The notes beneath the pieces are model-generated. The model saw nothing but the letters and a program-made list of their open reading frames with translations. It did not search any database and was not told the origin of the DNA. Shown here piece after piece: positions 8,801-19,930 of a DNA stretch of 64,000 bases (its first letter is position 1; the number at the start of each line of letters is the position of its first letter). The stretch is taken from positions 5,082 to 69,081 of the forward strand of contig JAUYKM010000007.1 of assembly GCA_030699125.1 (NCBI GenBank), written 5' to 3'. Both the position numbers and the translations under genes were made by a program. The stretch comes from Candidatus Daviesbacteria bacterium. GTDB lineage: Bacteria; Patescibacteriota; Microgenomatia; Daviesbacterales; UBA10151.

Positions 8801-10916
8801 ACCGCCGGAGGCGAGTCTCGCCAAAGGCGGAATTTAGGAAGGCTAATGATGGGACGTACCGTTCTGGTACATTCCGTCACAGCAAAAAATACTCAACATT
8901 AATGCATACGGTGGATGCCTAGGTCGAAAGTACCGATGAAGGACGTGCTAAGCTGCGATAAGCTTTGGGGAGCTGCTAAAAAGCTTTGATCCAAAGATTT
9001 CCGAATAGAGTAATCAGTCCGATTTATCGGATACTCTTTACTGAATTCATAGGTAAAGAGAGGGTACGTGCCGAACTGAAACATCTAAGTAAGCACAGGA
9101 AAAGAAATCAAACGAGATTCCCTAAGTAGCGGCGAGCGAAAAGGGAACAGCCTAAACCCCGATTTAATCGGGGTGTTGCGGGACCACAATATCTGACTGA
9201 TGAAGATAGAAGAAAACTCTGGAAAGAGTTGCCAAAGAAGGTGACAGCCCTGTAATCGAAATTAACATCAGCGGTAGTGGATTCCCAAGTAACTCAGGAC
9301 ACGTGAAATTCTGAGTGAATCTGGGGCGACCATGCTCTAAGGCTAAATATGCTTTCGGACCGATAGTGAACTAGTACCGCAAGGGAAAGGTGAAAAGAAG
9401 AGGTTTAACCTCAGTGAAATAGTACCTGAAACCGTATGTTGACAAGCAGTGGAAGTCCGCCTACATCTGTAAAGTTGTGGTGGACAACCGCGTGCCTATT
9501 GAAGAATGAACCGGTGAGTTATCATGTATTCTTAGTTTAAGCCTCTTTGAGGTGGAAGCGCAGTGAAAGCGAGGGTTAATTGCCCGATATAGAGAATGCA
9601 TGTTAGACCCGAAACCGAGTGAGCTATCCATGTCCAGGGTGAACCCCGTCGAAAGACGGGAGGAGGCCCGAACCCGTAACTGTAGCAATAGTTTGGGAAG
9701 AGATGTGGTTAGAGGTGATATGCCAAACGAACTCGGAGATAGCTGGTTCTCCCCGAAATATATTTAGGTATAGCCGTCCAATGGTGTCTAGAGGTAGAGC
9801 ACTGGCTCGAATCCTCAGTCGCAAGACCGAGGTTCGATTCAAACTCCGAATGCTAGAAACACTAAATTGGACGAGTCAGTCCGATCCGGCTAAGCGGAGC
9901 GGGCCTGAGGGAAACAACCCAGATCAACAGCTAAGGTCCCTAATTGTAAGTTAAGTGTTAAAGGAAGTTATAATCCTTAGACAGCCAGGAAGTTGGCTTA
10001 GAAGCAGCCACCTTTTAAAGATAGCGTAACAGCTCGCTGGTCTACTACGGATTGTAGCGCCGACAATGAACCGGGGCTAAACTTACAACCGAAGCTTTGG
10101 ATTCCGCCGTAAGGCGGAGTGGTAGGGGAGCGTCCTGATTGGCATGAAGCTGTGCTGTAAAGCATGGTGGACTAATCAGGAGTGAGAATGCCGGTATGAG
10201 TAGCGTATTGACGTGAGAAACGTCATCGCCGAATGCCCAAGGTTTTCCATGCAACGTTAATCGGCGTGGAGTTAATCGGTCCTAAGGTGAGGCCAATAGG
10301 CGTAACCGATGGAGAACAGGCTAAAATTCCTGTATTGAGATTGTTCTGACAAGTTCTGATGTAGGCCCCGCAAGGGGCACATATCAGGAGCTTTCAAGGG
10401 TGGACGAAGTAGGATTTCTTGATCCCGCATTGCGGGGTTTAAATAGCAAGTTAGTGGAAATAGGCAAAACCGTTTCCATAAGTCGGAACGTAACACTCAT
10501 TAATTGTGTGAACGTTCCGTCTTAAAAATGCAAGCTATGATGACGTAAGCAAGTAAAATTCTGTTTCCAAGAAAAGACTCGTGAAGGAGAATGATTTTAA
10601 CCGTACCGTAAACCGACACAGGTGGGCGAGTTGAGTATACAAAGGCGATCGGGAGAACTATCCTTAAGGAACTCGGCAACAAAAGCTGGACGTAACTTTG
10701 GGAGATGTCCTGCCATGCACCATACGGTGCGTGGCTACAACAAATGACGCTAAGCGACTGTTTAACAAAAACACAGGTCCCTGCTAAATCGAAAGATGAT
10801 GTATAGGGGCTGACACCTGCCCAGTGCCAGTAATTTAAAATTCGGGATGACCCGCAAGGTGAGTCCTGGGTCTAAGATCTGGTGAACGGCAGCAGTAACT
10901 ATAACTGTTCTATGGT

Positions 10917-11568
10917 TTTGGGAATTTCAAAGCCTTAGATGGTGGTGTGTTTTTTAATCTGACTATATGCTGGAATATCTGAGTATCCTATGCTACTATG
11001 GTAATAACTACACATAGTTATGCCAAGTAAAAATGCATTAGGTGCAGACAATCAGCAGGAAAGGCTTAGGATCTCAAGTTGGATAGTTGGTTTTGTTGAT
11101 GGAGAAGGGTGCTTTTCAGTTTCTATCTTTAAAAATAGAACAACCAGGAGTGGATTTCAGGTAATGCCTGAATTTGTGGTTACACAAGGCCAGAAAAGTC
11201 TAAACGTTTTAGAAACTATTAAAGACTTTTTTGGATGTGGAGCGATCTATGTAAATAGGCGCTATGATAATCACAAAGAAGATATCTACCGTTATTGTGT
11301 TCGTGCTACAAAAGATTTAAACGAAAAAATAATCCCTTTTTTCAAAGCAAACAAACTATTAACTTATAAGAAGAATGATTTTGAAACTTTCTGTAAAGCA
11401 GTGGAGATGAAATTATTAAATCTTCATTTAACAGCAGAAGGTTTGCAAAAATTTAGAGATCTTAAGAATCCTCAGAGACTATACGTCAGACCCTAAAAGG
11501 GAAGATATAGTCCGGACTATATAGCGATATATAGATGTGACGATTAGATTGTCACAGTAACATAATCG
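10917..11568 (+). mobile_element. Group I intron at 23S position ~1931 (E. coli numbering), with homing endonuclease
   Basis: Exons CTATGGT|AGCGAAG; P1 with a U.G pair at the splice site; P/Q/R/S elements ATGCTGGAA, AATCAGCAGG, TCAGAGACTA, AAGATATAGTCC; terminal G. Confidence 0.92.
11020..11496 (+). CDS. Single-motif LAGLIDADG homing endonuclease
   Basis: WIVGFVDGEGCF motif; lies within the intron and overlaps its Q and R elements. Confidence 0.93.
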   Translation: MPSKNALGADNQQERLRISSWIVGFVDGEGCFSVSIFKNRTTRSGFQVMPEFVVTQGQKSLNVLETIKDFFGCGAIYVNRRYDNHKEDIYRYCVRATKDLNEKIIPFFKANKLLTYKKNDFETFCKAVEMKLLNLHLTAEGLQKFRDLKNPQRLYVRP

Positions 11569-11688
11569 AGCGAAGTTCCTTGTCTGGTGAGTTCAGACCC
11601 GCACGAAAGGTAGAACGACTTAGCGACTGTCTTGAGGATAGACCCGGCGAAATTGCAATGGCTGTGAAGATGCGGCCTTCCCATACTT

Positions 11689-11726
<38 letters not shown>

Positions 11727-12069
11727 CCTGATTTAAAGCTTTGATTGTATAGCGTAGGAGGGACCCGCCAACATTCTTTCGTAAGAAAGTTTGGGCGGGG
11801 ACAATGAAACACCTCTCTTTTGAATCTTTAAATCTCACCCCAACCCTTATAAAAACAGGGAAGGGGACAAGGTCTGGCGGGCAGTTTGACTGGGGCGGTC
11901 CCCTCCAAAAGAGTAACGGAGGGGTACAAAGGTACACTTAGCGCGTAAGGAAATCGCGCTTTAAGCGTAAAGGTATATAGTGTGCTTAATAGCAAGACAT
12001 ACAAGTCGAGCTAGTGCGAAAGCAGGTCTTAGTGATCCCCTGTTTGCAAATGGATGCGGCAGGGCTTAT

Positions 12070-12106
<37 letters not shown>

Positions 12107-12143
12107 GCCCTACAGTCCACAAGGACGGCAAGGTTCGGCACCT

Positions 12144-12486
12144 CAACTAAAATCGGGGGTCGGTAGGAGTAATCCTATTAGAATTGTTATCAACATTAGA
12201 AAGTCTTTTTGTAAATATTTACTAGCTAAAATCGGTGAACTCCAATCCGCTATATGCGGAGGATAACACCGAGGGAACCATGAAGTAGATAATCTCACTT
12301 CATGGCCCGTAACGACTTAATCTTTAGAGAGATTGGATTCAAGGTTCCAGATAATCTGGGTTGAAACTTGAATGAGCAAATGCTCTTCAACTTTATAAAT
12401 AAACTTGAATAAAAGGCTAGCTCCTATAAAGTTAATAGGATGAAGGTATAGTCTGATCCTGTAAGAAATTACAGAAAATTCGACAG
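12144..12486 (+). mobile_element. ORF-less group I intron at 23S position ~2500
   Basis: Exons GGCACCT|CGATGTCGG; ATCGGTGAA/ACACCGAG, CCGTAACGACT, AAGGTATAGTCTG core elements; terminal G. Confidence 0.9.
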
Positions 12487-12643
12487 CGATGTCGGCTCAT
12501 CGCAGCGCGGGGCTGAAGCAGGTCCCAAGCGTCTGGCTGTTCGCCAGTTAAAGCGGTACGCGAGCTGGGTTCAGAGCGTCGTAAGACAGCTCGGACTCTA
12601 TCCAGTATGGGCGTTTTGATTCTTGAGGGGAGTTGTCTCTAGT

Positions 12644-13021
12644 AAGCAATTGCTACTGTCCGCCGAAAGGCGGACTGACAAATTGGCTAATAACGGTGAA
12701 GCCCTCTTGACTTTGGGTTTAGTTTGGTTCTATGCTAAATCTATAACAAAAAAGTCAATGGGTAATACCGTGGGAAGACGATTCATGTGTCATTCTGAGG
12801 CGAAGCCGAAGAATCTCTGAACTAGTTTCAGATGTATCTAGAATAAATCTAGAGATCCTTCACTACGTTCAGGATGACAAAGAATTTGTCCCCGTAACGA
12901 CTGATATATGAGGTACCAGATAATCTGGAAGTAAACTCATATTATATGCCAATTCCGCAGCACATTATGGTGGCGGAAAAGATATAGTCTGATTCTCTAA
13001 GAAATTAGAGTTAACAAAATG
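12644..13021 (+). mobile_element. ORF-less group I intron at 23S position ~2656 (sarcin-ricin loop)
   Basis: Exons CTAGT|ACGAGAGGACC; P1 TAGT|AA-GCAA-TTGCTA; AACGGTGAA/ATACCGTG, CCGTAACGACT, AAGATATAGTCTG; terminal G. Confidence 0.9.
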
Positions 13022-13335
13022 ACGAGAGGACCGAGATGAGGAAACCTCTAGTGTGCCTGTTGTTACTACAGTAGCAGCGCAGGGTAGCTACGTTTCTTTT
13101 TGATAAGTGCTGAAAGCATCTAAGCACGAAGCAGACCCCAAGATGAGGAATCTTTAAGATCCCTAGAAGACTACTAGGTTGATAGGTTGGCGGTGTAAGC
13201 ACTGTAAGGTGTTTAGCCTACCAATACTAATGATCATAGTTGAGATTTTTTGCTCGCCTCGCTTCGCTTGTCGAAGCGGGCTTGAGCCTTTTTAAATACG
13301 TATTCACATTTCAGAGTGTAAATGTTATAATAATG

Positions 13336-13455
13336 TTCTCGGTGGTTTGTGCGAGGCGGTCCGACCTGATCCCATCCCGAACTCAGTCGTCAAACGCTTC
13401 AGCGGGGACGATAATATATCCGCAAGGGTATGTGAAAATACCTCACTGCCGGGAT
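13336..13455 (+). rRNA. rrf: 5S rRNA
   Basis: CCTGATCCCATCCCGAACTCAG core; TCTCGGTG/CTGCCGGGA terminal stem; ~120 nt downstream of 23S. Confidence 0.93.
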
Positions 13456-13479
13456 AAAAAAGGAAGAAGGTGTTCATGT

Positions 13480-14568
13480 TTGGTTCAAAAAAATATATCT
13501 AAAAATCCCACTATGGAGGAGCTTCTAGCTTCTCAGCCAAAATCTCCCACTCTTTATCGCGGACAAGAAGTAGAAGGTGAGATTATCTCCATTACAGATA
13601 AAGAAATTATCTTTGATCTGGGAGCTAAATCAGATGGAATCTTGCTCAAAAAAGAATTCCCCCAGGCTAATCTGAGTGATCTTAAAGTAGGGAAAAAATT
13701 CACAGCTTTTATAGCCTCTTTGGATAATGGTTCAGGCCAAGTAGTTCTATCTACTTCTTTCCAATCATCACAAAAAACAGGCAAGAGGAGAAAAACTTCT
13801 TTTGATAAATTTACTCAAGCTCAAAAATCAGATCATGAATTAACAGGTCAAGTAGTGGAGATCAATAAAGGTGGTTTGATTGTGGAGATAGGAGGGGTGA
13901 GAGGATTTTTACCGAATTCGCAAGTAGGTTCTGAGCTTTTAATAAAAACTTTTACAACCTCAGATTTGGTGGGACAGGAAGTTAGATTTAAAGTGATTGA
14001 GGTTGATGAAGATAATATGAGGTTGATTTTCTCACAAAAGCTGACTTTGTCAAAAGAGCTGGAAGAAAAACTGCAAAAGTTTAAACAAGGGGATAAAGTA
14101 ACAGGGAAAATTTCCGCCATTTTAAATTTTGGGTTGGTGGTAGATGTAGATGGAGTAGCCGGACTGGTTTTTATATCAGATGTGGCCTGGGAAAAAGTTG
14201 AAGATTTATCTAAATTGTATCAGGTGGGACAGGAGATTGAGGCCCAAATTCAGAATATAGACTTGGAACTGGGTAAATTGGATCTGTCTTTGAAGCATTT
14301 GAGTGAAGATCCGTTTATTAAGGTTTCCGAAAAATATCATGCTGATGATTCAGTTAAAGCAGAAGTTGTATCAATAGATGAATATGGGGTGAAGTTTAAT
14401 CTGGAAGAGGGAGTGGAGGGATTCCTACCTTCCTCCAAAATGGATCCTGGAACCATTTATGAAACTGGGCAAAAGCTTACCATGCTGGTGGATAGTATTG
14501 ATAAGAATCATCGCAAGATAAACTTGGCTCCCATGGTTACCTCAACTGCCGGGTTGATATATAAATGA
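13480..14568 (+). CDS. rpsA: 30S ribosomal protein S1-like (four S1 domains)
   Basis: Repeated S1 motifs (GFLPNSQ, GLVFISDVAW); start reassigned to TTG 13480 after an SD (ATG 13513 is an alternative) because the listed start overlaps the rRNA. Confidence 0.8.
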   Translation: MVQKNISKNPTMEELLASQPKSPTLYRGQEVEGEIISITDKEIIFDLGAKSDGILLKKEFPQANLSDLKVGKKFTAFIASLDNGSGQVVLSTSFQSSQKTGKRRKTSFDKFTQAQKSDHELTGQVVEINKGGLIVEIGGVRGFLPNSQVGSELLIKTFTTSDLVGQEVRFKVIEVDEDNMRLIFSQKLTLSKELEEKLQKFKQGDKVTGKISAILNFGLVVDVDGVAGLVFISDVAWEKVEDLSKLYQVGQEIEAQIQNIDLELGKLDLSLKHLSEDPFIKVSEKYHADDSVKAEVVSIDEYGVKFNLEEGVEGFLPSSKMDPGTIYETGQKLTMLVDSIDKNHRKINLAPMVTSTAGLIYK

Positions 14569-14569
14569 T

Positions 14570-15874
14570 ATGCCAAAATTTAGCTCAGTCTATATCTGTC
14601 AGCAGTGTGGATACAGATCTTCTCAATATTTAGGAAAATGCCCCCAATGTGACAGTTGGAATTCCCTGGTGGAAGAGGTGGAAGAAAGTCATCAGCAATC
14701 AGCCATCAGTCGTCAGATAAGAGAAAAAGCAGAGATTGTGGATTTATCAAAGATTCAAAAAACAGATTATCAAAGACTTTCTACAAAACTGGAGGAGTTT
14801 GACAGATGTTTGGGAGGCGGGGTCGTGCCTGGAAGTCTGGTACTAATTTCAGGTGATCCCGGTATTGGCAAATCAACTCTCTTAACTCAGCTGGCGCTTA
14901 ATATTAAAAATACTCTTTATGTTGCAGGAGAGGAATCTGCCCAGCAAATAAAAATAAGAGTGGACAGGATGAAACCGAATGCTTCTCTAACTGTTTTAAA
15001 TGAGATAGATGTAGATTTAATCTGTGATCTGATAAAAAAAACCAAGCCTGCATTGGCAGTAATTGATTCAATCCAAACCCTAGAAACTGCCGATTTAGAA
15101 TCAATCGCAGGTTCAATAGGACAAGTAAGAGAATCTGCGCAAAGACTGCATGAGGTGGCCAAGAGCTTACATATTCCCATCTTTTTGGTAGGTCATGTGA
15201 CCAAGGAGGGAAGTATTGCCGGGCCTAAAACTCTGGAACATATGGTGGATGTAGTGCTCTCTTTGGAAGGTGATTCAAACACCCAATTTAGAATTTTAAG
15301 AGCAAATAAAAATAGATTTGGCCCCACAGATGAAGTAGGTGTTTTTGAAATGAATGATACAGGCATGATGGAAGTGAAAAATCCCTCCAAGCTGTTTTTG
15401 GAGCAAAAAGTTAATGCTCCAGGCTCGGCAGTGGTGGCTATACTCGCTGGCGTCCGTCCACTGTTGGTGGAAATTCAAGCCTTGGTCACCAAATCAAATT
15501 TGCCTTCACCCAGAAGAATGGGTTCAGGTGTAGATAACAATAGGCTGCAGCTTTTGGTGGCAGTGCTTCAGAAAAGATTGGGTTTACCGCTGTGGGATCA
15601 GGATGTGTTTGTCAATGTCACAGGCGGATTAAAAATATTTGAACCGGCAGCTGATCTGGGAATATGTTTAGCTATTATTTCTTCCTTTAAAGACAAAACT
15701 ATTAAGGAAAGATGCGTCTTGATTGGTGAAGTGGGATTGCTGGGGGAGCTTCGCACAGTCAGAGCGCTGGATAAAAGGATTACTGAGGCTAAAAAATTAG
15801 GATTTAGCAATGTAATTTCCTCGGAAAAAGGGAGATCAATTGCCTCAATTTTAAAACAAGCTTTTGTGGAATAG
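14570..15874 (+). CDS. radA: DNA repair protein RadA/Sms
   Basis: C4 zinc finger, GDPGIGKST, KNRFG, Lon-like C-terminus. Confidence 0.97.
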   Translation: MPKFSSVYICQQCGYRSSQYLGKCPQCDSWNSLVEEVEESHQQSAISRQIREKAEIVDLSKIQKTDYQRLSTKLEEFDRCLGGGVVPGSLVLISGDPGIGKSTLLTQLALNIKNTLYVAGEESAQQIKIRVDRMKPNASLTVLNEIDVDLICDLIKKTKPALAVIDSIQTLETADLESIAGSIGQVRESAQRLHEVAKSLHIPIFLVGHVTKEGSIAGPKTLEHMVDVVLSLEGDSNTQFRILRANKNRFGPTDEVGVFEMNDTGMMEVKNPSKLFLEQKVNAPGSAVVAILAGVRPLLVEIQALVTKSNLPSPRRMGSGVDNNRLQLLVAVLQKRLGLPLWDQDVFVNVTGGLKIFEPAADLGICLAIISSFKDKTIKERCVLIGEVGLLGELRTVRALDKRITEAKKLGFSNVISSEKGRSIASILKQAFVE

Positions 15875-15887
15875 TTTGTGGATAACT

Positions 15888-15907
15888 AATCCGCCAGCTG
15901 GCGGATT
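15888..15907. repeat. Palindromic element AATCCGCCAGCTGGCGGATT between convergent genes
   Basis: Perfect 20-bp palindrome; its core recurs at 20549, 21853 and 55020. Confidence 0.8.
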
Positions 15908-15923
15908 CGGGTTTCCATTCGGG

Positions 15924-17879
15924 TTATTTGCTGAGTGCCTCTCTTATCTGTTTGAGGATATTTTCATCCGGAGTAGCGCTAAGACCTTTTTGCCAAATCT
16001 CTCTAGCCTCATTTTCTGATCCTCCGGACTGAATAATCAGCTGACCTAATCTAAGGTACGCTAAGCCTCTTTCCGGTTCATCTCTGATGGCTTGTCTATA
16101 AAGTCCAATTGCTTGATTTAGATCACCATATTTGACAGATAACTCAGCCAGATTCATCTTGGGAGCAGCAGAGTAAGGGGTAATCGCCAAGGCTTGGATA
16201 AAAAGAGTTTTAGCCTCATCAAACTTTTTCTCCTCCAAAAGCATGAATCCTAAAGTATTTAGAGAGACGGCTGAGGGGGCAATAGATTGCATTCTTTGAT
16301 ATTCCTTTCTAGCCTCATCACGCTGATTTTCCTTATAAAGTTTTTTCCCAAAAGGAGTAGCTGCTTGGAAAGAGAAATTTTTTATAACATCCTCATTTAA
16401 TCCATCGTTTTTGACATAAATTTCAGTAGTATCATCAAAAAATACCAAATTCCACTGAGGATCGTTCCTTAAGAGTCTTGCCAGTCTTCTGATTGGGGTA
16501 AATTTTTCTACAGTAATTATTGCGAAAGAGACTTCATACTCTTCAATTAAATAATCAAATTTTTCTTTAAAACGTTCATCAGTATACTCATTATTAAAAA
16601 GCTCATCATATTCAGGCAGAACTTTAGGTAAAAACATATCAGTCCTGCCGTCAATAAATGTTTTAAATTCCGGTCCCAAACGGTACATGATATAGCCGCC
16701 CATCTCGTATTCATTAAACATCTTGCCTTTGAGATTATTTTGAATAAAAGGAATAGCTTGTTTTGGGTAAAGCCTTAAGATCCCCGTTGCTTCCTCCCGG
16801 TAAATATATAGGAAAAAGATAAAAGTTATCAGAATTATTGCAGTTATAAGAATAATAAAAAACTTGTTGGTTAAGATTGTGAGCCTATTTTGGATCAAAC
16901 GTATAGTGGGGACTAAAGAAAGTAAAATTACCGGCATAGAGAATTGAGTCTGTCTGACCCCCCAAATTACAAAAAGCCCCAAAGGAATAAATGGTAAGTA
17001 ATCTAGAATCGGCCATTTAAGTTTAGCCTGTTTTTTTCTTAAAGATAAAATGACGCTTAAAGAAAGGCTTAAGAGGGCAAGAATTATAATAATAAGATAA
17101 ATGTAGTATCGGATACCTAGTTCATAAAGAGGAACCCATTCCCCAATGACCACCGTGATAAATTGGCGTTTCTCAAAAAACAGGTATAAAAGCTCATATG
17201 TTTTGATTCCCAGGGGTGGGAGCAGAGTAATGATTGTGTTAATTGTGCCAAAAAGTGCTAGATCTTTTGCTAATTTAATATCTTTTTTGATTAATGCTAA
17301 AACAGCAAAGGCAAAGAAAAGATAAAGACCAACTATCATAGAAGCGTGCAGATTAGTCCAAATGAAAAAAAGAGGAATAGTAAGCATAAGAAAATTTTTA
17401 CCCAAGAACACTCTTTTTAAAATAAGATATAAAACAACCATAAAAATGACATAAGCTGAAATTTGTGGCCTCTCCACCCAAAAGTCATATCCTATTATAG
17501 CTAGGGTGCCCACAAGTAATATGCGAGGAATAAAGGAAATTTGAAAAATTTCTTTTAAAATCTGACGAAATATAAAAGCATAAGTTAAGGTTGATGATAC
17601 AACTAGAGCTTGGACGCCTATGTTACCAAAAATAGTATAAATTAAATAAATTACTACCTGAAATAGCCATTCATAAGGGACGGCGCTTTGTCCGTAGGCT
17701 GTGTGAGAGAATTGATCGCTAAATGGCAAACTTTTAGTCTGCAGAATAAATTCTCCATTTTTTGCATGAAACCAAAAATCAAAATTTTCTACCGGTCGGA
17801 TGGTAAAAATAAGGATAATTAGAAAAAAAATAAATTCTAAGACATATTCGGTCTTTAACTTGGCAAGCATCTTAGCCAT
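15924..17879 (-). CDS. Polytopic membrane protein (GT-C-like) with C-terminal TPR
   Basis: DFWFH..G, ERPQ, WTNLH, FIDGRTD motifs and TPR helices; start moved to avoid overlap with the divergent gene. Confidence 0.8.
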   Translation of the reverse strand: MAKMLAKLKTEYVLEFIFFLIILIFTIRPVENFDFWFHAKNGEFILQTKSLPFSDQFSHTAYGQSAVPYEWLFQVVIYLIYTIFGNIGVQALVVSSTLTYAFIFRQILKEIFQISFIPRILLVGTLAIIGYDFWVERPQISAYVIFMVVLYLILKRVFLGKNFLMLTIPLFFIWTNLHASMIVGLYLFFAFAVLALIKKDIKLAKDLALFGTINTIITLLPPLGIKTYELLYLFFEKRQFITVVIGEWVPLYELGIRYYIYLIIIILALLSLSLSVILSLRKKQAKLKWPILDYLPFIPLGLFVIWGVRQTQFSMPVILLSLVPTIRLIQNRLTILTNKFFIILITAIILITFIFFLYIYREEATGILRLYPKQAIPFIQNNLKGKMFNEYEMGGYIMYRLGPEFKTFIDGRTDMFLPKVLPEYDELFNNEYTDERFKEKFDYLIEEYEVSFAIITVEKFTPIRRLARLLRNDPQWNLVFFDDTTEIYVKNDGLNEDVIKNFSFQAATPFGKKLYKENQRDEARKEYQRMQSIAPSAVSLNTLGFMLLEEKKFDEAKTLFIQALAITPYSAAPKMNLAELSVKYGDLNQAIGLYRQAIRDEPERGLAYLRLGQLIIQSGGSENEAREIWQKGLSATPDENILKQIREALSK

Positions 17880-17911
17880 TGTACCAAAAAATCCTATGTT
17901 AAGATGATTAA

Positions 17912-19930
17912 GTGAAAAAGTCATTACTGCTTATTTCATTAATCAGTTTTTTAATTCTCTATTTAGAGTTAGCTTTAATACGTTATCTTCCAGCATATAT
18001 TTATTATCTGGGATATTTTACAAATTTTATATTTATAGCCTCGATTCTGGGGATGGGGTTAGGGGTAATGCTGGGTGGACTAAAAAGGAATTTAATCCAT
18101 TTTGTATTACCTATACTTTTTATATTAATATTGGGAGCTAAATTTCTATATTTGGGAATAGATCCATCTGATCCCGGCATAATTTTTTTCAAAGACATAA
18201 ATAAAGGAAAGATTATCCTTAATAGTTCTTTTATAATCTCTCTGGTTTTTATATTGGTAGCATTAATTTTTACCTGTATATCGCAATCTTTGGGAAGATT
18301 ACTCAATCTTTCGCAAAAACCTCTGGCAGCTTATGTTGCTGACCTTATTGGTGCTATTTTAGGTGTTATCGTATTCCGTTTGGGAATATTTTATGCAGCA
18401 GAGCCTGCTATTTGGTTTTTGCAATTTTGTCTTTTTTTTTTAATATTTTATTACACCCAAATTAAATCTAAGGTTCGTATTTTTCAAATACTTATAGCCG
18501 CACTTTTAATTTTAGTAGTAGTAAGAAATATAGAAGGTTTTGAAAACATATGGTCTCCATATTACAAAATAACCGTAATTACGGACAATAAAACTAAAAC
18601 TACAGATGTTTATGCTAATGGTATTGGCCATCAATCTTTTTCTAGGCTGATTAATGCTAAAGCCTACAATTCAATCTATTCACAATTATCAAGACTTAAT
18701 CATCCTTTAAATAATTTATTGATTATTGGGGCAGGTACAGGTCAAGATGTATCTGCAGCATTGGCATTTGGGGCCAAACATATTGATGCGGTGGAAATTG
18801 ATCCCCAAATTTTAAAAATTGGTAAGGAAAGACACCCGGAAAAACCATATCAGGATCATAGGGTAAGTACTTATATTGATGACGGCAGGCATTTTTTGGA
18901 AGTAACTGATAAAAAATATGATTTCATAATTTTGGCGCTAACAGATTCACTTGTTGCTAATTCCAGGTTTGGACAAGCACGTTTGGAAGGTTACCTCTTT
19001 ACTGTCGAATCTTTCAAAAAAATTAGAGAAAAATTAAACGACGGAGGGTATATGGTGGCTTACAACGATTATAGACAGGATTGGTTGATTAAGCGTCTCA
19101 TAGATATGATGACTGTATCTTTTGGGAAATTTTATCAAGAAAGGGTAATCGGCAATTATTCCAGGATTTTACTTGCCAAAAATGAACCTGGAATGAATAC
19201 TCTCGTTATTCAGAAGTTATTACCAACTGATGATTGGCCTTTTCTTTATATAAAAGAGAAAAATATTCCGAGAGTATATTTGGATTCTTTAGGGATTATC
19301 TTATTAATTACTTTACTGAGCTTATGGCTGATTTTAAAAAAGGTAAAAATTATATCAGATAGGGTTTACGGAAGACTATTTTTATTTTTCTTCTTGGGCG
19401 CCGCCTTTGCACTTTTGGAAACAAAAAGTATCGGCCAGCTGGCTTTAATTTTTGGATCAACATGGTATGTTAATGCAGTAGCATTTATAGGGATATTATT
19501 GGTTACTCTTTTTGCAGCTTTATTAAACTTAAAATTTAATTTGATTAACACACGTATATTATTCATAGGATTATTTTTATCAATTGCTGCTCAATATTTT
19601 ATTCATCCGATTTCTTTTATGATGATAAATGAAGATTTTTCTAAGTTTATACTAGCTTTGATATATTTTTTCTTGCCTGTTGGATTTGCCAATTGTTTAT
19701 TTGCCAAATTTTTCAAAGAAAGTAAAACAGCTTCTTTAGAATTTGGCAGCAATCTATTAGGTTTGGTTTTTGGCTCGATGGTTGAGTATACGGTAATGAT
19801 AATTGGATTTATCAATTTAACTTTAATAATTGGATTATTTTATCTGATTGCCTTTATCGCTATGTTATTATTAAGCCGTGAGAAAATATCTTCTATCAGT
19901 TCTTCTGGCAGTAATATTCTTCATCGGTAA
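17912..19930 (+). CDS. Membrane protein with spermidine-synthase-like SAM-binding domain
   Basis: WSPYYKI, LIIGAGTGQD, AVEIDP, DDGR.FL, TDDWPF flanked by TM bundles. Confidence 0.85.
   Translation: MKKSLLLISLISFLILYLELALIRYLPAYIYYLGYFTNFIFIASILGMGLGVMLGGLKRNLIHFVLPILFILILGAKFLYLGIDPSDPGIIFFKDINKGKIILNSSFIISLVFILVALIFTCISQSLGRLLNLSQKPLAAYVADLIGAILGVIVFRLGIFYAAEPAIWFLQFCLFFLIFYYTQIKSKVRIFQILIAALLILVVVRNIEGFENIWSPYYKITVITDNKTKTTDVYANGIGHQSFSRLINAKAYNSIYSQLSRLNHPLNNLLIIGAGTGQDVSAALAFGAKHIDAVEIDPQILKIGKERHPEKPYQDHRVSTYIDDGRHFLEVTDKKYDFIILALTDSLVANSRFGQARLEGYLFTVESFKKIREKLNDGGYMVAYNDYRQDWLIKRLIDMMTVSFGKFYQERVIGNYSRILLAKNEPGMNTLVIQKLLPTDDWPFLYIKEKNIPRVYLDSLGIILLITLLSLWLILKKVKIISDRVYGRLFLFFFLGAAFALLETKSIGQLALIFGSTWYVNAVAFIGILLVTLFAALLNLKFNLINTRILFIGLFLSIAAQYFIHPISFMMINEDFSKFILALIYFFLPVGFANCLFAKFFKESKTASLEFGSNLLGLVFGSMVEYTVMIIGFINLTLIIGLFYLIAFIAMLLLSREKISSISSSGSNILHR

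Noticed and set aside
12560-12600. Possible intron at the common 2593 site
   Set aside because: The sequence GTCGTAAGACAG is continuous; no insertion
13240-13479. N-terminal extension of the S1 protein in the ORF track
   Set aside because: It overlaps the 23S end, the processing stem and 5S rRNA
15877-15885. DnaA box (TTATCCACA on the minus strand) as a sign of oriC
   Set aside because: A single box in a 49-bp gap; no cluster and no dnaA nearby
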